A stretch of 64,000 bases of DNA from the NCBI GenBank assembly GCA_028716665.1, contig JAQUPP010000001.1:192467-256466 (forward strand). Direction: 5' to 3'. The stretch is from Patescibacteria group bacterium. GTDB lineage: Bacteria > Patescibacteriota > Patescibacteriia > UBA2591 > JAQUPP01. Shown here piece after piece: positions 19,041 to 27,032 of this stretch. The notes beneath the pieces were generated by a model, which was given only the letters and a program-made list of their open reading frames with translations, did no database searches and had not been told where the DNA came from. The translations under genes were made by a program, and so were the position numbers. Position 1 is the first letter of the stretch; every line of letters starts with the position of its first letter.

Positions 19041-19112
19041 GCCCCTGTAGCTCAACGGATAGAGTGTGGGTTTGCGGAACCCAAGATCCGCGTCCGATTC
19101 GCGGCGGGGGCA
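19041..19112 (+). tRNA. tRNA, most likely Arg (anticodon GCG by manual fold)
   Basis: Acceptor GCCCCTG/CGGGGGC, D-stem GCTC/GAGT, anticodon stem TGGGT/ACCCA, loop TTGCGGA, T-stem CCGCG/CGCGG. The isotype needs tRNAscan confirmation. Confidence 0.7.
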
Positions 19113-19212
19113 TTGAAAAAATGCATTATAGTTAGTGCGTTTTTTTATTTGATCCCGCATCTTTTGGCAATGGTATTTTTAAATGCAAAGTATTATCGCT
19201 AAAAGGTGCGGG

Positions 19213-19250
19213 ATTGACAAAAACTGAAAAATTTGCTTGAATAATAACAG
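19213..19250 (+). promoter_or_regulatory. Promoter TTGACA-N17-TGAATAAT
   Basis: gggaTTGACAaaaactgaaaaatttgcTTGAATAAT, located upstream of the 19278 gene. Confidence 0.35.
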
Positions 19251-19277
19251 TTATTTAAAATAAAAAAGGAGGACAAA

Positions 19278-19757
19278 ATGGAAGAAAATAAGAGTAGTTT
19301 GGATGAATTTTTACGAAGACTGATAGCCAAAAGAGAAGGCATAGAGCCGGAAGAAGTTACCTGTAAAAAAATACGTGAATTACGGAAAAAACATAATTTT
19401 GTTATAATGAATTTTTTTCGATTACCGGCCATCAGGATTATAACCCCGAAAGAAGCAAAAATTATCGAGAAAAAATTTGATGATTTTATCAATGATTTTT
19501 CTTTCAATAAGGAAACGGGAAATTCCAAAGGAATAAAAAACATAGATGATTTGAAAAAAATTCTTGACAAGACAATGAGTAAAAAGGAAAAATTCAAATT
19601 GTTTCTTCGCCGATTGTTTATGGGCGAAAAAGCCACGAGATTTAAAAAGATTTCCCCTAAAGAAGAGAGAAAAATTATGGCAGAAGCATTTTTTGCGGCT
19701 CGCAAAAAAGGAGGGCTATCATCGGAATTAAGGGGCAAAAGATTTCATCAGAAATAA
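19278..19757 (+). CDS. Hypothetical basic protein (159 aa)
   Basis: Strong SD AAGGAGG lies 7 nt before the ATG. The antisense ORF 19199..19738 has no SD. Confidence 0.55.
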   Translation: MEENKSSLDEFLRRLIAKREGIEPEEVTCKKIRELRKKHNFVIMNFFRLPAIRIITPKEAKIIEKKFDDFINDFSFNKETGNSKGIKNIDDLKKILDKTMSKKEKFKLFLRRLFMGEKATRFKKISPKEERKIMAEAFFAARKKGGLSSELRGKRFHQK

Positions 19758-19768
19758 GGGAGGAAAAA

Positions 19769-20470
19769 ATGGCGAAAAAGTGTTTAGTGATTGACGGCGA
19801 CGAAACTCTTTGGTGGTCTCAATATATATACGAGATACTGAGAATTAAATGCCTGGAGATTATTTACGAAAATATCAAACCACGTACTATTCCGGTAGTA
19901 GAAACCATTCAATTTTTTGAAGATATTGACAAGGCGGCGATTAAAGTTTTGAAATTTTCCAAAGAAAGATTTCCGACTTGTTGGGTAAAAACTTACCAGG
20001 AAATTTGTTGGAAAATCGGTATTGACCCCAAGAAGGAAATTGAGAGTGAAATTTATAATATGGCAGCTAAATTCGGAAATGGGCCGTTTCCTCTAAAACC
20101 AGAAGTAGCTTCTACTCTGAAGACATTAAGAGAAAGAGGTTATTATATGGTTCTGCTGACTATCGGAGATTTGAAAATCCAAACAGGAAAGATTGCCGAG
20201 ACTGATACTGAAAAATATTTTGATGAAATTGAAATTGTTCCGGAAAGTAAGGTTGAAAAACTGAAATATTTAACGGATAAATTCGGCAAAAAAAATGTTT
20301 GGATGATTGGAGATTCATTGAAATCTGACATGGAGGCGGCTATTAAAGCGGGATGCCAGGCGATTCACGTCAAGGTTTTTGGCAATTGGCAGTATAATAG
20401 CAGTGAGATCGATTCAAATCTCTATACGGAAATCAGGGATTTTCAGGAACTATTAAAAATCTTTTCTTAA
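19769..20470 (+). CDS. HAD-superfamily hydrolase
   Basis: SD GGGAGG. Motif I is VIDGDETLW (DxDxT) and motif IV is GDSLKSD. Confidence 0.65.
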   Translation: MAKKCLVIDGDETLWWSQYIYEILRIKCLEIIYENIKPRTIPVVETIQFFEDIDKAAIKVLKFSKERFPTCWVKTYQEICWKIGIDPKKEIESEIYNMAAKFGNGPFPLKPEVASTLKTLRERGYYMVLLTIGDLKIQTGKIAETDTEKYFDEIEIVPESKVEKLKYLTDKFGKKNVWMIGDSLKSDMEAAIKAGCQAIHVKVFGNWQYNSSEIDSNLYTEIRDFQELLKIFS

Positions 20471-20482
20471 GCAAAAAAATAA

Positions 20483-20517
20483 AAAAGGGCGCTTTAATTC
20501 GCGCCCTTTATTTTTTT
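20483..20517. terminator. Bidirectional terminator
   Basis: aaaaaagggcgctttaattcgcgccctttattttttt. Confidence 0.65.
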
Positions 20518-20932
20518 ACTTATTTTTTGCTTCTATTAACTCTTTCAGTGTGCAACCCGGTTGAAGTCCGAAGTGCGTGGCCAACAGAACATTGGTATAA
20601 CTCTTTTTGGAAGTTATTTCAATCTCATCCACATTAATCAGAATAATCTTATTCTCTTTGATATGAGAAAGCATTCTTGCTTGAGCAAAGTCAAACAAAG
20701 ATCCTTCAGAGGTTGGGTTCCACCAGATATGAATTTCATCCGCCCATAAAATATCATTTATTTCATGATCAGTGACGATTCTTAATCCGACTTCGTCTTC
20801 TTGAGGAGTGTCTCTGAATGGACATCTGACAATATATCCCTTTTTCTCCAGATCCTCCACGTAATTCAAAATTCGTTCCTTTTCCTGGTCGGTTAATTTT
20901 CTGACCGGACAAATGATGTAGACATTTTTCAT
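20516..20932 (-). CDS. Nucleoside 2-deoxyribosyltransferase-like (Rossmann-like) protein
   Basis: The likely start is MKNVYIICPV, preceded by a GGGGG RBS. The ORF track extends it to a GTG at 20983. The pattern VYIICP...ADEIHIWW..SEGSLFDFAQA resembles PF05014. Confidence 0.45.
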   Translation of the reverse strand: MKNVYIICPVRKLTDQEKERILNYVEDLEKKGYIVRCPFRDTPQEDEVGLRIVTDHEINDILWADEIHIWWNPTSEGSLFDFAQARMLSHIKENKIILINVDEIEITSKKSYTNVLLATHFGLQPGCTLKELIEAKNK

Positions 20933-21079
20933 TTTTTCCCCCTTTCTATTTCTCTTTCTCTGTCCCAAACTATTTTTTGGCACTTATTGCATCTTAACTG
21001 TCCTTTTTCAGTTCTATAACATATTTCATTACTATCAATTCCTTCGTGACAAAAGTTACATTTGCAAACGTCTTTCATT
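20929..21079 (-). CDS. Small Cys-rich zinc-ribbon protein (~49 aa), absent from the ORF track
   Basis: My translation is MKDVCKCNFCHEGIDSNEICYRTEKGQLRCNKCQKIVWDREREIERGKK. A GGGGG RBS precedes it and its stop overlaps the next start (ATGA). Coordinates are accurate to about 1 nt. Confidence 0.4.
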
Positions 21080-21091
21080 TTTTCCCCCTAT

Positions 21092-21537
21092 TTATTTCTT
21101 CAACCACACTGTACTCTTTTTTAAATTTATCAACAGCTGTTGATAATATTCTATTTTCTTGATATTTTGAGGCGTTCTTGCCTGTTTACGGATTAACTGC
21201 ATCTCTTCTAAATATATCTTAATCAAACACTCATCCATAGACTTAAACTTTGTGTCTATATTTGAATTGCAGGTGCAGTGATCTATATTATCATCTGAGT
21301 CTATATAATTAGACTCCATGTTCGGATTATCGGCCAGATTATTCTCTGAGACTGGATTCTTGGCTAAATTATTTTCTAAGACCGGATCATCGGATAGATT
21401 ATTTTGTGGGCCAGGATCGTATGGGTTTGGAATAAATGCTCTTGCAATCTCATCGGCAGTAAATAGTTCATTAGTATCACAAACTACTACGCCGCCCATA
21501 TTTCTGATTTTAATGTGTTCGTCAGTTTCGTTCATTT
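21092..21537 (-). CDS. Hypothetical protein with an internal 11-aa tandem repeat (ENNLAKNPVS...)
   Basis: The likely start is MNETDEH with a GGGAGG RBS. The ORF track continues it upstream in frame to 21697, overlapping the membrane-protein gene. Confidence 0.5.
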
Positions 21538-21849
21538 TGCCTCCCTTTCTTTTTTCATCATTTTCAATACTTCTTTTTTCCCTTGATCTGAAATTAATCC
21601 TTTCAGCCAAATCCATCCTTCTTTCGAAAAACCATGATTTAAAGGATATGGGCCGTGGCTGCCAACTTGTCTGCCGGGTTTTAAATTTCCTTTCCAATCA
21701 TAAGCTCCATCTTCGTTACCTTCTGCCTCGGCAATAAGTCCTCGGAACATTGCCACGATGGGACTAATTACTAAAAATATTATAGCAGCAATGGGAGCGA
21801 GAATTGGAATTATAATATCCAAACCGGTTTTGCGTAAAATTGGTTTCAT
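21532..21849 (-). CDS. Small membrane protein (105 aa)
   Basis: AAGGAGG RBS. Hydrophobic helix IIIPILAPIAAIIFLVISPIVAMF. It is the first gene of a four-gene minus-strand operon. Confidence 0.5.
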   Translation of the reverse strand: MKPILRKTGLDIIIPILAPIAAIIFLVISPIVAMFRGLIAEAEGNEDGAYDWKGNLKPGRQVGSHGPYPLNHGFSKEGWIWLKGLISDQGKKEVLKMMKKEREAK

Positions 21850-21891
21850 TTTTTGCCTCCTTTTTAAGGTACTTTTTTGTTCAATTATTAT

Positions 21892-21920
21892 TATTTAAGC
21901 AAATTTTTTGCTTTTTGTCA
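21892..21920 (-). promoter_or_regulatory. Sigma70-like promoter: GGGG-TTGACA-N17-TAAATA on the minus strand
   Basis: Minus-strand reading gives ggggTTGACAaaaagcaaaaaatttgctTAAATA. The same motif recurs upstream of other minus-strand genes. Confidence 0.45.
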
Positions 21921-22071
21921 ACCCCCTCACTTAGAACACTGATAAACACTCGGTTTTATGTTTATCAAGTTTTTAAATTTAATATTTAATATAAATAAAT
22001 AGACTTTGTGTTTTAAAAATACATCAGTGTTTAGTGAGGGGGTCAACCCCTTAATTTAAAAAGGATAGTTT

Positions 22072-22335
22072 TTAACTGTCCTTTATTTTTTTTACGGAAT
22101 TTGTTGGAATCCAGATAAGCCAGATAATTATTACGGGTACGAATACTATCACCACTGCATCAATTAAGAAAATTACTACTCCTTTAAAAAGAAAAATTAC
22201 AAAGTCTTTAAATAATCCATTTGAACTAAATCCACAATTCATGGCACATATCCCCCAAAATCCTCCTCCTAATAAGAGCATAAAGAGAATCCAGACGCCT
22301 AAAACTTTTTCAAGTTTATCATTCCATTTTAACAT
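22072..22335 (-). CDS. Small membrane protein (87 aa)
   Basis: Two hydrophobic helices. Its own TTGACA-N17-TATTAT promoter lies at ~22355..22390. Confidence 0.45.
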   Translation of the reverse strand: MLKWNDKLEKVLGVWILFMLLLGGGFWGICAMNCGFSSNGLFKDFVIFLFKGVVIFLIDAVVIVFVPVIIIWLIWIPTNSVKKIKDS

Positions 22336-22448
22336 AATTTCCCCCTTTTTAGAAAACTATATAAATAATAACAAATTTTTTACATTTTGTCAACCCCTAA
22401 ATTTAAATAAAAAAACAGAGGAGTCTTTTTTAAGACTCCTCTTATATT

Positions 22449-23438
22449 TCAAAAATTGTTTGCTAATTCTAACTGTATGGTGTCATATTTATCCAAATAA
22501 TTCTGACAGGCCGGGCCGATTACTTCCACCACCCCGGAGTGATACATCTCTACCAATTTTTTTTCTTGATAATTGCCATTCAAATATTCCAGGTTCGCGT
22601 CGCAGAGCAGAATCATAGCCTTAACAGCCGTGGTGTGATTTAATATTCCCGCAAAAAAATTACTTGGTAATTCAGCATCAGGATATTTCCGTCTCAGCAT
22701 GTGATATGTTGAGGGCAACATCTGGACTAAAGCAAAAGCATTTTGTTTGCTTTTGGTATTGGCAAAAGCATTTTCTTCGTTTGCTCCCAAAAAAACAGAT
22801 GTTTTTTTGGTATCTCCAAACCATGCCTGTTCGGTGAAAATTAGATTGAGAGGCAAATTAGTCGGAACCATTTGAACAACCAGTTTATTTGTGTCCGCTC
22901 GGGATTTTACTCCCTGCTCTTCTAATTGTTCATAGACTCGGTCAACCAGATCTCCCAAGTATTTTTTACCGACTTCTTCCAAATCAGGAGAATCAATTGA
23001 CATTGAAAATGGAGTCCAAATGAAATTCTGGATTTTCTTACCGACCAGAGTTCTGTTTTTTACCGCCAACAATTGATAATTGGAAGTGGCAAAAAGCGCG
23101 TTCGGTCCGACAATGGTTATAACCGGAATTCCTTTGTTTTTATCAACCGGTTTCAATATTTTCCCGTCTCTCTTCATTTTAAAAACTTTTATTCCGTCTT
23201 TTTTTACAGTGTCATAAACAGCGATGTAATAGATTAATCGACTATCACAGATGTAAATGCTGTCAGACAACATTGCTCTGCCTTTATGAATTCTGGCAAT
23301 CAAAGAGCAGGTAAGGGCTTCTTTTGCTTTTCTGGCTCTTGTAAAGCCGTCAAGCCATTTTAAACCCTTCCAGCAGCCCATTATTCCCAGTCCGCAAAAA
23401 ATGCAGATAATTAAAGTTATACCCCATATTTTTTTCAT
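22449..23438 (-). CDS. Hypothetical secreted protein or lipoprotein (329 aa)
   Basis: Signal peptide MKKIWGITLIICIFCGLGIMGC. Promoter at ~23490..23520. Terminator hairpin at 22405..22440. Confidence 0.55.
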   Translation of the reverse strand: MKKIWGITLIICIFCGLGIMGCWKGLKWLDGFTRARKAKEALTCSLIARIHKGRAMLSDSIYICDSRLIYYIAVYDTVKKDGIKVFKMKRDGKILKPVDKNKGIPVITIVGPNALFATSNYQLLAVKNRTLVGKKIQNFIWTPFSMSIDSPDLEEVGKKYLGDLVDRVYEQLEEQGVKSRADTNKLVVQMVPTNLPLNLIFTEQAWFGDTKKTSVFLGANEENAFANTKSKQNAFALVQMLPSTYHMLRRKYPDAELPSNFFAGILNHTTAVKAMILLCDANLEYLNGNYQEKKLVEMYHSGVVEVIGPACQNYLDKYDTIQLELANNF

Positions 23439-23572
23439 TTTTCCTCCTATTTGGTTTTAAATGAACTGATTTTTATTTTTGTATTATTATTTTAGCATAT
23501 TTTTTGATTTTTGTCAAGACCCAAAAATAAAAAGAGCGGTTTTTTTAACCGCTCTTTATTTTTTTTATTTAG

Positions 23573-24310
23573 TTACCGATATTTTCTTTTACTTCTATAG
23601 TAATCTCCATCCTCCAGATAGAACCCTTTAGAAAAAGAGAAATAAAACAGCTCCGGAATAAGCCAGGCAAAAAATCCGCAGATAATACAGAAGGTTATAA
23701 CCAGCTTCCAATTGGTATCCATGGTTATAATCAGCCATTTTCTTTCTTCATCCAACTTAATGTTTTTGACTCTTTGAAGAAAGCTCTTTGGAATCATTTG
23801 CGTGGAAGAAAACCATTCATTCTTTTCTTTAGATGATCCTGATTCGTCGTTATATTGCCCCGAATAGTTAAGGCAAATATTGCCGCTTTTTTTCGGGAAA
23901 GTTGCGAAAATCCTTACTTCTTTATAAGGCAACGCGAACCAATTGGTCAAACAATTTGGATTGTCCGGGCAGGGGTGGGTGTCATTTATGGTTATCTTGT
24001 CAGTTTGGACGCCATTTAAGAAAATATTCTTAGTTCCGCGATTATTCGCTGTTATCAAACAGAATATAAAGATTGCCGCTGTCGCATACACGATTATTCG
24101 AAGGGAACTTGTCTCTACCCAATCCGTGAATCCGGTTTTTGTTTTTTGACCATGGATTTTTATCTTTTCTTCTATCAGCGATTTTATTTTTTCCGGTGTC
24201 GCCGCTGTTCTTTCCAAAACAACCATTTTTTCAGCGGTTGTTTTCTTTGATTGAGGAATTTCATTTTTTATTCCTCTTTCTTTTCTTTTCTTTGATGGTG
24301 ACATAACCAC
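23573..24310 (-). CDS. Hypothetical membrane protein (245 aa)
   Basis: Two TM segments. Promoter GGGGG-TTGACA-N17-TTAAAT at ~24350..24385. Terminator at 23527..23568. Confidence 0.5.
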   Translation of the reverse strand: MVMSPSKKRKERGIKNEIPQSKKTTAEKMVVLERTAATPEKIKSLIEEKIKIHGQKTKTGFTDWVETSSLRIIVYATAAIFIFCLITANNRGTKNIFLNGVQTDKITINDTHPCPDNPNCLTNWFALPYKEVRIFATFPKKSGNICLNYSGQYNDESGSSKEKNEWFSSTQMIPKSFLQRVKNIKLDEERKWLIITMDTNWKLVITFCIICGFFAWLIPELFYFSFSKGFYLEDGDYYRSKRKYR

Positions 24311-24418
24311 CTCCTTGTAAAGAACTTTCGAGAATTAACTTAATTTAAATTTAACCAGATTTTTCGAATCTTGTCAACCCCCTTGAAAAATGTATGATTA
24401 GTGCTATAATTTTTTGGT

Positions 24419-25369
24419 ATGTTAGAGATTATCGGTCACCAAAAGATTGTGAATTTTTTAAAAAAGAGTATTTCGGGCAATAATTTGGCCCATACTTATT
24501 TATTTTATGGGCCGTCCCATATCGGCAAGACCAAGGTGGCTGAATTTTTTGCCACCAGCTTAATTTGTCAAAATCCGAAATCAGGAAATCCTTGCGGCGA
24601 GTGTCAAAATTGTCTTCAAATTCAAAAACGAATTCATCCGGATGTTTATTGGGTTGTTAATCAGGAAAATAAAAGCCAGATCAGTATTGAACAAATTCGC
24701 CAACTTAAAGAAAATTTGTCCTTAGAGCCCTTTTGCGCTCCTTATAAAGTTGCTATAATAGAAGAAGCGGATAATTTGACCATTCAGGCGGCAAACTCAT
24801 TTTTGAAATTACTTGAAGAATCAGCATCTAAAACGGTTATTATTTTAATCGCCAAAAGTTTTCGCAATATTCCCTTAACCATCAGGTCTCGATCGCAAAT
24901 TATCAGATTTTCTTTCCCGAAAAAGACGGAAATTATTTCCAGTTTAACCAAAGATTTTAAGTTAAGCGACAAAGAAGCGGAAAATATTTTTAATTTAAGC
25001 TTGGGTCGGCCGGGTTCGGCCATGGAATTGGTTTCCGATCCTCAAAAAATCAAAGAATATCAAAAATTTCAAGCAGTAATATTGAACGAATTGGCCAAGA
25101 ATAATTTTCTCAGCAGGTTTGAAATAGCCGATTTGTTGAGCGATTCAAGCTCTTTAAGCAATTTATTGAAAGTAATAAGAGATTTGATTCTTTTTAAATT
25201 GGGTATTCCGACATCTTCCGATTTAACGCCTGTTTTAACAAAAGTTTCCAAGATTTATTCCATGGAAAGATTGGTCAAATTCACTTCGGAGATTTTAAAA
25301 ACACAGATGATGCTGCGCCAAAATGTCAGTTTTAAAATAGCAATTGAAAATTTATTAATTAATTTATAA
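24419..25369 (+). CDS. holB: DNA polymerase III delta-prime subunit
   Basis: AHTYLFYGPSHIGKTKVAEFF Walker-like motif. The zinc module CGECQNC is present. Length is 316 aa. Confidence 0.8.
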   Translation: MLEIIGHQKIVNFLKKSISGNNLAHTYLFYGPSHIGKTKVAEFFATSLICQNPKSGNPCGECQNCLQIQKRIHPDVYWVVNQENKSQISIEQIRQLKENLSLEPFCAPYKVAIIEEADNLTIQAANSFLKLLEESASKTVIILIAKSFRNIPLTIRSRSQIIRFSFPKKTEIISSLTKDFKLSDKEAENIFNLSLGRPGSAMELVSDPQKIKEYQKFQAVILNELAKNNFLSRFEIADLLSDSSSLSNLLKVIRDLILFKLGIPTSSDLTPVLTKVSKIYSMERLVKFTSEILKTQMMLRQNVSFKIAIENLLINL

Positions 25370-25377
25370 ATTTATTT

Positions 25378-26460
25378 ATGAAACGCAAGAATTTTTTATT
25401 CCTAATCGTCCTAATTTTTATTTTAGGAATGACTAGCGGATGTCTTAATATAAATTTTGCGACTCCAAAAGCCAATAGTGGAATTTTCAAATCCGTAAAT
25501 CGAGCCGAATCTTGGCAGCAAAAAGTCGGCTTGCTTGTTTTAAGCACGGCCAAAAAAGATCCGAAAGTTATGACGGATTTGGACGCCGTGGATGTTTCCG
25601 CCATGGTTCTTGATCCGCAAGACAGCAATACTTTATATTTAGGAACCAAGGGGAGTGGGCTTTTCGTCAGTTATGATAACGCGGAAACTTGGCAAAAATA
25701 TTCTAAATTGCCGAGCGGAAAAATAAATGCCATTGCCGTTCATCCAAAATTAAAAAATGTAGTTTATACGGCCATTGGCAATCGTATTTTTAAAAGTCTT
25801 GATTGCTGTCGTACATGGGAAAATGTTTATTTGGAAGCAGCCGGAGGAGTGCAAATTAACGCTTTGGCTGTTGATCCGGAAACCAATACCAGAATTTATG
25901 CCGGTCTTTCCGATGGCCGACTGATAAGAAGCGAAGACGACGGTTTAAGCTGGCAAACTTTTGTTGATCTCAAAGGAGGTATTAAGCAGATTTTAATCAA
26001 TCCTAATAATCCGCAAATAATTTACGCCACCACTTCAGGACAAGGAATCATGCGCACGGAAGATAAAGGAATCAAATGGGTTTCTTTGGATGAATCTTTA
26101 AAAGATTTTAAAAATGGCCGAGATGTTAATAAAATAATTTTTGACCCGAGAAGAGCGGATGGAATAATCACCGCCAGCAATTACGGTTTGTTAAGAAGCG
26201 AGGACGGCGGAAAAACTTGGGTTGATTATAAATTATTGCCCAAACAGGGCCAGGCAAGCATTCTTTCTTTCGCCATCAATCCGCAAAATCCGAATAATAT
26301 TTATTATATTACCGCCAACACTCTTCAAAAATCAGCGGATGACGGAAAAACTTGGGTGACAAAATCTTTGCCGAGCGGACAGATCCCGGTTGAATTATTA
26401 GTTGATCCGAACAATCCGAATATTTTATATTTGGGAGAAGTTCAAAAACCTAAAAAGTAA
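25378..26460 (+). CDS. Secreted BNR/Asp-box repeat (Ycf48-like beta-propeller) protein
   Basis: Signal peptide followed by repeated S-x-D-x-G-x-T-W motifs, for example SEDDGLSW, SEDGGKTW and SADDGKTW. Confidence 0.6.
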   Translation: MKRKNFLFLIVLIFILGMTSGCLNINFATPKANSGIFKSVNRAESWQQKVGLLVLSTAKKDPKVMTDLDAVDVSAMVLDPQDSNTLYLGTKGSGLFVSYDNAETWQKYSKLPSGKINAIAVHPKLKNVVYTAIGNRIFKSLDCCRTWENVYLEAAGGVQINALAVDPETNTRIYAGLSDGRLIRSEDDGLSWQTFVDLKGGIKQILINPNNPQIIYATTSGQGIMRTEDKGIKWVSLDESLKDFKNGRDVNKIIFDPRRADGIITASNYGLLRSEDGGKTWVDYKLLPKQGQASILSFAINPQNPNNIYYITANTLQKSADDGKTWVTKSLPSGQIPVELLVDPNNPNILYLGEVQKPKK

Positions 26461-26478
26461 CATTAATTATTTAAAACT

Positions 26479-27030
26479 ATGAATATTATTGAATCTCACA
26501 AACAAGAATTTGAGAATATCGTCGAATTTTTTAAGAAAGATATTCAAGGCATCAGAACCAATCGCGCCACTCCGGACTTGGTTTCTCATGTTTTGGTTTC
26601 CGTTTATGGAGCAAAAACTCCGCTTGAACAATTAGCCAGTGTTAATGTTCCGGAACCGCGAACCATTGTTATCCAACCTTGGGACAAGAGCATTATTAAA
26701 GAAATTGAAAAAGCGTTAAGTTCGGTGGATTTGGGAGCGAGTCCGTCATCCAAAGAAGGAATTGTTCGCCTGGTTCTACCGGCTTTAAGTGAAGAAACGA
26801 GAAATAATTTGGTTAAAATTTTAAAAACCAAATTGGAACACTCTCATCAATCATTAAGGACAATTCGAGATTTAGTCAGAGAAAAAATCATTAAATCAGA
26901 AAGAGCGAAAGAAATGTCAGAAGATGATAAGTTCCGTTTATTGGAAGAATTGGATAAATTCAGTGTTGCCAAGCAAGAGGAAATGAAATTAATTTGTGAA
27001 CGTAAAGAAAAAGAAATTACCAGTATTTAA
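26479..27030 (+). CDS. frr: Ribosome recycling factor
   Basis: 183-aa protein with RRF-like text IRTNRATPDLVSHVLVSVYGAKTPLEQLASV. Confidence 0.9.
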   Translation: MNIIESHKQEFENIVEFFKKDIQGIRTNRATPDLVSHVLVSVYGAKTPLEQLASVNVPEPRTIVIQPWDKSIIKEIEKALSSVDLGASPSSKEGIVRLVLPALSEETRNNLVKILKTKLEHSHQSLRTIRDLVREKIIKSERAKEMSEDDKFRLLEELDKFSVAKQEEMKLICERKEKEITSI

Positions 27031-27032
27031 TC

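Noticed and set aside
18957-19160. Minus-strand ORF of 67 aa
   Set aside because: It lies entirely over the tRNA and the repeated tRNA-fragment module, so it is spurious.
19199-19738. Minus-strand 179-aa ORF antisense to the 19278..19757 gene
   Set aside because: The plus-strand gene has a textbook AAGGAGG SD and a promoter. The antisense ORF is low-complexity (F/L/S-rich) with no SD.
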